From assembly GCA_049964715.1 (NCBI GenBank), contig JBMFXB010000005.1, positions 3,708 to 67,707 of the forward strand: a stretch of 64,000 nt of DNA, given 5' to 3'. The stretch comes from Candidatus Dormibacteria bacterium. GTDB taxonomy: Bacteria; Chloroflexota; Dormibacteria; Aeolococcales; Aeolococcaceae. This document shows, piece by piece, positions 58,931-64,000 of the stretch. The notes beneath the pieces are model-generated. The model made no database searches. It was given only the letters and a program-made list of their open reading frames with translations, and was not told the DNA's origin. The position numbers and the translations under genes are program-made. Each line of letters starts with the position of its first letter. Within the stretch, counting starts at the first letter, position 1.

Positions 58931-59560
58931 TCACTCCTGCTGAAGCCCGGACGCAATGCCAAGTTTCACATGGTAGTCGTACATGGCAATACCTGCAGCA
59001 ACACCGACATTCAGGCTACGAACAGAACCGAATTGGGGAATGCTTACAATATCATCTGCACATGCGAGTGCCAGATCAGTGATACCACTCCCCTCCTGGC
59101 CGAAAAGCATGAGAGTCTTTGGAACCCATACATGATGGCGGATGTCTGCACTTCCACTCACATTCTCCACTGCAACTATGCGATAGCCATCATCCCGATA
59201 CTTCTCAATCACTGATACTGTATCGGGGGCGAACTCAAGATGCTCATAGTGGTGCGTTCCCACAGTTCCACGGCGGTCAAACTTTCTCCTGCCACAAATA
59301 TGAACCCGCATGGCAACAAATGCATTCGCACAGCGAACGACAGCTGCAACGTTGATATCATTCTGGAAATTCTCACACACTATCGAGAGGGGGACCCGGC
59401 GCTTGTCAAGATCTCCACGAATGACCTCGTCTTCAACATACTTGTAGTAGTCGACGAGATTTCTCATATCCTCTTTCTCGGAAGGTGCAGTCTCACCATG
59501 ATCCCTCTTTGTACTCATTCTCAATCGTTTCCTGTAACCAGCGTGTAGTTCATAGTACAT
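58931..59560 (-). CDS. SpoU/TrmH-family RNA 2'-O-methyltransferase
   Basis: SPOUT motifs (VAVENVSGSADI…LMLFGQEGSGI…SLNVGVAAGIAMYD). The start may be an internal Met. Confidence 0.8.
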   Translation of the reverse strand: MYYELHAGYRKRLRMSTKRDHGETAPSEKEDMRNLVDYYKYVEDEVIRGDLDKRRVPLSIVCENFQNDINVAAVVRCANAFVAMRVHICGRRKFDRRGTVGTHHYEHLEFAPDTVSVIEKYRDDGYRIVAVENVSGSADIRHHVWVPKTLMLFGQEGSGITDLALACADDIVSIPQFGSVRSLNVGVAAGIAMYDYHVKLGIASGLQQE

Positions 59561-59622
59561 TCATATTCGCAACATTCCGTGTTACCGTCAGTACACAGAG
59601 TCAGAGAGTAAGGAGTACCACA

Positions 59623-60051
59623 GTGTTCAAGGAATTTCGCGCTTTCATTGCACGAGGCAACGTTGTGGATCTTGCAGTTGGCGTTGTCATGGGCGGTGCA
59701 TTCGGTGCTATCGTCTCTGCACTCGTGAAAGACTTTATCACGCCACTTATTGTTGCAATCTTTGGCAAACCGGATTTCAGCAAGCTCACCTTCAGCATTC
59801 ATGGAAGTACTTTTGGATACGGAGACTTCATCAATGCAATCCTTTCTTTCCTCTTCATAGCACTGGGCGTGTTCTTCTTTATCGTAAAACCTGTCAATAC
59901 ACTGGCTGCCCGACATGCAAAAGGGGTTCCCCCTGATGATCCAACCACAAAGCAGTGTCCTGAGTGCCTGAGTGATGTGCCAATCAAAGCACGCCGGTGT
60001 GCTTTCTGCACATCGCTCATCGCAGAAGGGGATGCCCCGCAACCAGCATGA
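59623..60051 (+). CDS. mscL: large-conductance mechanosensitive channel MscL with a C-terminal CxxC…CxxC zinc-ribbon extension
   Basis: The N-terminus is canonical for MscL (FKEFRAFIARGNVVDLAVGVVMGGAFGAIVSALV). GTG start with an AAGGAG RBS. The C-terminus has KQCPECLSDVPIKARRCAFCTSLI in place of the usual helical bundle. Confidence 0.85.
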   Translation: MFKEFRAFIARGNVVDLAVGVVMGGAFGAIVSALVKDFITPLIVAIFGKPDFSKLTFSIHGSTFGYGDFINAILSFLFIALGVFFFIVKPVNTLAARHAKGVPPDDPTTKQCPECLSDVPIKARRCAFCTSLIAEGDAPQPA

Positions 60052-60072
60052 TACAGATCATCGCGCTCTGAG

Positions 60073-60705
60073 GTGACACACATGGCTATCTCCAAACGAT
60101 CTCCTGGACGTCCACGCCGGTCCGAACTTCGCATGCCCACCCATGATGCAATTATCATTGCTGCTTCACGATGTTTCATGGAACACGGCTACAAAGGCGT
60201 CTCGATGGAAATGGTAGCTTCGCAGGCTGGTATTACTAAGGCTGCAATCTATTACCACTTTCCTGACAAGCCAGCACTTGTCATCGCAGTTTCCGACTGG
60301 ATCTTCAGCCGTGCAACAACCCAGACTTCAGCACTTCTTGCCTCACAAGATCCACTCAAGGTTCGTCTTGAACGTGTGGCAGAGAGTTTCTTCCACATTC
60401 CAGATCCATTTGTTCGCTTTGCACTCATGATGGGTGAGGCATCCGCGGATCTCACACCTGAACAACTCGCCACAATCCGTAGGCATCAAGACCGTATCGG
60501 ACAACTCCTCACTTCAACATTTTCTGCTGCAGTGCAGGAAGGTGAGTGCTCCTCATCCGACCCGCTCTTCCTTGCACATGCATTTATCGCACTTCTCCAC
60601 CTTGGCTCTTCAGTCGATTTCGAAGGGAACAAGCTGTTCCCAGATCCCCACTCAACAGCCTGTTCACTGGTCGACCTGTTCTGGAATGGAATGGGATCTT
60701 CGTAA
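60073..60705 (+). CDS. TetR/AcrR family transcriptional regulator
   Basis: N-terminal HTH (ASRCFMEHGYKGVSMEMVASQAGITKAAIYYHFPDK) and a helical ligand-binding domain. Confidence 0.8.
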   Translation: MTHMAISKRSPGRPRRSELRMPTHDAIIIAASRCFMEHGYKGVSMEMVASQAGITKAAIYYHFPDKPALVIAVSDWIFSRATTQTSALLASQDPLKVRLERVAESFFHIPDPFVRFALMMGEASADLTPEQLATIRRHQDRIGQLLTSTFSAAVQEGECSSSDPLFLAHAFIALLHLGSSVDFEGNKLFPDPHSTACSLVDLFWNGMGSS

Positions 60706-60722
60706 AAGGGTGAATACAGACC

Positions 60723-62144
60723 TCACTGTGTGCCATACGTTGCGTAATCGTATGCGTAACCACCAATCTCCTCAAGCCCGCTACCAGTACTGAAGATACA
60801 TACGAGATGGATGGTTTTTGTATGGATAGCAGTGTACGTTCCCGGTGGCAAAGAAGCACCCCAGTTTTCACGACTAGAATCCTGGTACAACACACCTGAT
60901 GACGATGCAGGAAGGTTCGTCGACATGTCCAAAATGCTGCCACATACCATGGGATAGCCTCCCAGTGCAGTGAACCTCCACAGACCCAGCGATGGAGCAG
61001 CACTGAAGGAAAAGAAATTCTTTGAACCTTGATAGATGAACCCTTCTGGTGCACTTCCAAGGTACTTCCCATACGACCATGCATCTCCGGATACAGGGTA
61101 CAGAGACGATGCGGGCGCTGCACCAGTATCTTTCCACGTCTGCCAATACGTCGCAAGCGATGTCTCATAGTCCGATTCTGGAATGCTCCCCTGCTCCGTT
61201 GGTGCTGGATTGAAGAATTCCCCCTGGGAGAGTTGCGGAAATCCTGCAGCAGTCCCATCCTCGAATTCGAAGGGAAATTCATAATATGTACCGTTGTCAT
61301 TCCTTGGGAACTGAAGGAGAAACGCTATCTGCCAGGGCATTGCTGCTGCGGCTTTTGTGAAAATCTCCTCCACAGTCACTCCAGTGGATGATGGACTGCC
61401 AGACGCTCCTGGAACATTTCCCTGCGCAGTGAGCTGTGCGAGAAAATACAGTGGGTACTGATGTTCTATGGGTATCACTGGAGTCACATCCTGCAGAACA
61501 AGTGGAGTGGTGTACGTCGAGCATGCTGAACCATCAAGAGCGCATGACATGATAAATCCTGTCCGGAATGCACCTGGTGCAAGAAGCTCGGTCAGTGCGT
61601 TCGTATCATTGGTTACCATTGCACGCTCAAACAATGGCCATGCTGCATCAGCAACATCAACAGCAATGTTTGTCGTGATGTCCACACCATCCCCCAATGG
61701 TGCTGTGGCATACATGCTTGCTGGAAGAGATATTGTCTTCCCTGCAATGGGATGTGATGCAGTCGGATAGGCAGTGTACGAACCATATTTTCCAGGTTGC
61801 GATGAAGAACTGCTTCCGGAGAAAAATGATCCATACGGAAAAACAGCAAGTGCAATGAGTACCAGGATCACAACACCACTGAAAAATGCAATCCACCATC
61901 GTGAACGGAACGATGCAGCGTGTACCATCTGCACGAGTGCGGGATTACCCGGATATGCCTCATGCACAGCTTTACCACATACCCTGCACCGTGCTTCTCC
62001 CCAGCGAAATGCATGCCCATTCGTGCATGTTCCAAACAACGGGGCACCACACTGCGGACAGCCTTGTGCGGTCGGAGGAAGCTGCCAGTATGAATGGCCG
62101 TTTATGCAGGTGATTGTGTGAGGAGGCGCATTCTGGCCCATCAA
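60723..62144 (-). CDS. membrane protein with an N-terminal cytoplasmic double zinc ribbon and a large extracytoplasmic domain
   Basis: Zinc-ribbon motifs CINGH…CPQCGAPLFGTCTNGH…CRVCGK, then one TM (WWIAFFSGVVILVLIALAVFPY) and a 330-aa Tyr/Trp-rich ectodomain. Confidence 0.5.
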   Translation of the reverse strand: MMGQNAPPHTITCINGHSYWQLPPTAQGCPQCGAPLFGTCTNGHAFRWGEARCRVCGKAVHEAYPGNPALVQMVHAASFRSRWWIAFFSGVVILVLIALAVFPYGSFFSGSSSSSQPGKYGSYTAYPTASHPIAGKTISLPASMYATAPLGDGVDITTNIAVDVADAAWPLFERAMVTNDTNALTELLAPGAFRTGFIMSCALDGSACSTYTTPLVLQDVTPVIPIEHQYPLYFLAQLTAQGNVPGASGSPSSTGVTVEEIFTKAAAAMPWQIAFLLQFPRNDNGTYYEFPFEFEDGTAAGFPQLSQGEFFNPAPTEQGSIPESDYETSLATYWQTWKDTGAAPASSLYPVSGDAWSYGKYLGSAPEGFIYQGSKNFFSFSAAPSLGLWRFTALGGYPMVCGSILDMSTNLPASSSGVLYQDSSRENWGASLPPGTYTAIHTKTIHLVCIFSTGSGLEEIGGYAYDYATYGTQ

Positions 62145-62297
62145 TAACTACACTCCGTTCACGTCCTTCCACGATACATAATCCTGCCTCTATGAGCGTA
62201 CGGAATCGTAGACAAAGTAGAGCGTTTGCGACAGGCTCGTTTCAGGCACATGGAACAGTCTTCGAGCCAGGGCATTACGTGGACAATCCACGCCCTC

Positions 62298-63830
62298 TTA
62301 GGGACCAGCTGCAAGGATTATAGTCCATGTGGATAAATACGTCCCACTTAATGAATTTGCAGGCAGGCTTCCCCTCCATGTGAACGTAAATGTCTGGTTT
62401 GCAAGACCTGACCCAGGAGCAGCATAAATCAGTTTTGATGCTGTTGTTCCAGGAAGTGTATATGGATACAACCCTGCAGAACTCCATGAAGCAAGTGTGC
62501 AGGTCACTCCTATGTCGCACGCAACAGTTGGGGATGCAGGAACAGTAAAGTCGGTATTTTGCAGGCTGTTGGCTCCGCTCGTGAAGGGTGTATTTGAAAG
62601 CATGACATTCCACCCTGCCCCACTTCCCGAATTGTCCCCGATATCCAGTGTTTCCGTGGTCGTTGTAGTTTGATTCACACCGTTCAGCATCACAGCTGGA
62701 AAGACAACATTTGCAGGTACGGATGCAAAGGAAAGGGTACGAGCCACGATCGTTGCAGAAACAACTATGGATGGCGTGTACTGGAGTACAAAAGTCTGCA
62801 TCACTGAACCAGCAGTACTCGCCCCTCCACCAACTGCATGACACGATGCATCAAAAAAGCAGTATGCATTAAACAGGATATTTGCTTCAGCCGTTGCAGT
62901 ATTGGGTTAACTGACAGCAGTGAAGACTGTACCATTCCACTGTTCAAGCAGTGTTTGGGTATATCCTGAACTGTCAGTGGAATACCCAACTGCCCAGCAG
63001 TCTGCAGAGCTTGCACACGTGATTCCGAAGAGAATGTTGTCTCCCGTTCCCACAGCAGGAACTGTCACCTGAGACCATACTGAGCCATTTCACTCCTCAG
63101 CAAAGGGAAGATACGGTCCGGAATTGTAGCGTCCCACTGCGAGACACATCGTCGTAGAGGTGCATGAGAGACCAAATATGCCGTCATAGTTGCTTGAGGG
63201 ATTGACAGTAGCCACCTGTCTCCAGCTCACACCATTCCATTGCAGTGCAAGAGTCTGTGTATCTCCGGCCGAATCTCCGTAGTAGCCAACTGCCAAGCAG
63301 TCTGAGGCATTTGGGCAGGTGACACCGTTAAGGCAGACAATGGTATTCGTACACGTAATGCCAAATGTTGAGCCGGAAGTGAGTGTTCCCGGTGTTGGAC
63401 GTGCAGATTGGGACCATGTACTCCCGTTCCAGTTCTCAATAAGGGTAAGATCATCGCCTGACGCATTCTCATACCACCCTACTGCTCAACAATCTGATGC
63501 CAAAACGCATGTGACTGCGTAAAGTCCATTATTTTCTGTACTTCCACCCGGTTCTACTGACGGTATGATCTGCCACTACGAACCATTCCATTCCTCGGTG
63601 AGAGTCTGTGCGTAGCCAGAGGCATTGTCTGCCCAGCCTACACTCCAACAGTCCGTCGCACTCACGTAACTCAGATCGGAGAGCTCATTCGCCAGAGAAG
63701 AACTCGTATTTGCTGAAGGCTCCGTTCCCCACGAAACTGCAGCACGAACCGGTACAGCAGGAATGACTGCAAACACCATGGCTACAAGAAGCAGTGCAAG
63801 GATGGATTCAGGCAGTCTGGGAGATCTGAA
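62298..63830 (-). pseudogene. decayed gene for a secreted protein built from roughly 45-50-aa Cys-containing tandem repeats (…SC.S…DCWAVGYY…TQTL.E.WNG..W…)
   Basis: A signal peptide (MRAFRSPRLPESILALLLVAMVFAVIPAVPVRA) starts at about 63830. Downstream the repeat units recur in three frames and are separated by stops. There is a TGA at 63485-63487 where the repeat consensus has Trp (DC*AVG). WNGS* is at 63576-8. A TAA follows …EQWNGTVFTAVS. Confidence 0.45.
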
Positions 63831-64000
63831 CGCCCGCATGGTGCAAGCATAATCGAGACATACAGTTTTCTGTACATATACAGGTGACAATCTTCTGATA
63901 GAATCCTTCCCTTATGCCGTACAGCACACCTGTTAAGATGAGAGCATGCGGATGCAGTAGCATGGAAAATACACTTGGAGCTCGTAATTCGGCTACTGTG

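Noticed and set aside
1-64000. CRISPR arrays, additional tRNAs, rRNA, prophage or integrase genes
   Set aside because: No regularly spaced direct repeats. Only one T-loop/acceptor-stem-consistent tRNA was found (Leu-GAG). No integrase or recombinase, or phage structural motifs, are seen in any long ORF.

Overview
This 64-kb window is a chromosomal segment from a moderately high-GC bacterium. Gene order looks actinobacterial or Gram-positive, but taxonomy is an inference from synteny only. The rpmB/DAK2/recG/rsmD/coaD … rnc/smc/ftsY/ffh/rpsP-KH-rimM-trmD-rplS arrangement and an LdtMt2-like lipoprotein support it.

Most of the window is core housekeeping. Only the first is a partial CDS; the rest are complete.
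- A partial ClC channel at the left edge.
- pruA.
- A long minus-strand operon, ftsE-ftsX-ctpA followed by a bkd-type 2-oxoacid dehydrogenase complex (lpd-E1alpha-E1beta-E2), ending in a Kelch/NHL lipoprotein.
- A thiolase.
- crcB plus a DUF190 gene behind a candidate fluoride riboswitch.
- An L,D-transpeptidase.
- The ffh-rpsP-KH-rimM-trmD-rplS cluster.
- ftsY-smc-rnc-acpP-fabG-fabD-rpmF. rpmF is absent from the ORF track.
- coaD-rsmD-recG.
- DAK2-Asp23-rpmB.
- rlmN.
- tRNA-Leu(GAG), also absent from the ORF track.
- A ClpC-like AAA+ chaperone.
- Two zinc-type alcohol dehydrogenases.
- A SpoU methylase.
- mscL and a tetR.

Accessory and unusual content:
- An AT-rich island at about 19.4-22.9 kb holds small membrane proteins and a degenerate ISNCY-like IS. 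Its transposase carries an in-frame TAA.
- Two tandem paralogous 2-TM proteins sit between ffh and ftsY. One is split by a frameshift inside an 11-C homopolymer, so phase variation is possible.
- An insertion between recG and DAK2 encodes a 7-TM double PQ-loop (SWEET-like) protein and two secreted proteins.
- An operon encodes a roughly 24-TM, 870-aa membrane protein with a 388-aa partner of unknown function.
- The right edge holds a decayed secreted Cys-repeat gene with several nonsense and frameshift lesions.

I found no CRISPR array, prophage, or recognisable defence-system genes (no nuclease/helicase/ATPase cluster). The most distinctive candidates for something new are the homopolymer-switched paralog pair and the membrane/secreted insertions. 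All assignments rest on motif recognition in the translations. No database search was run.
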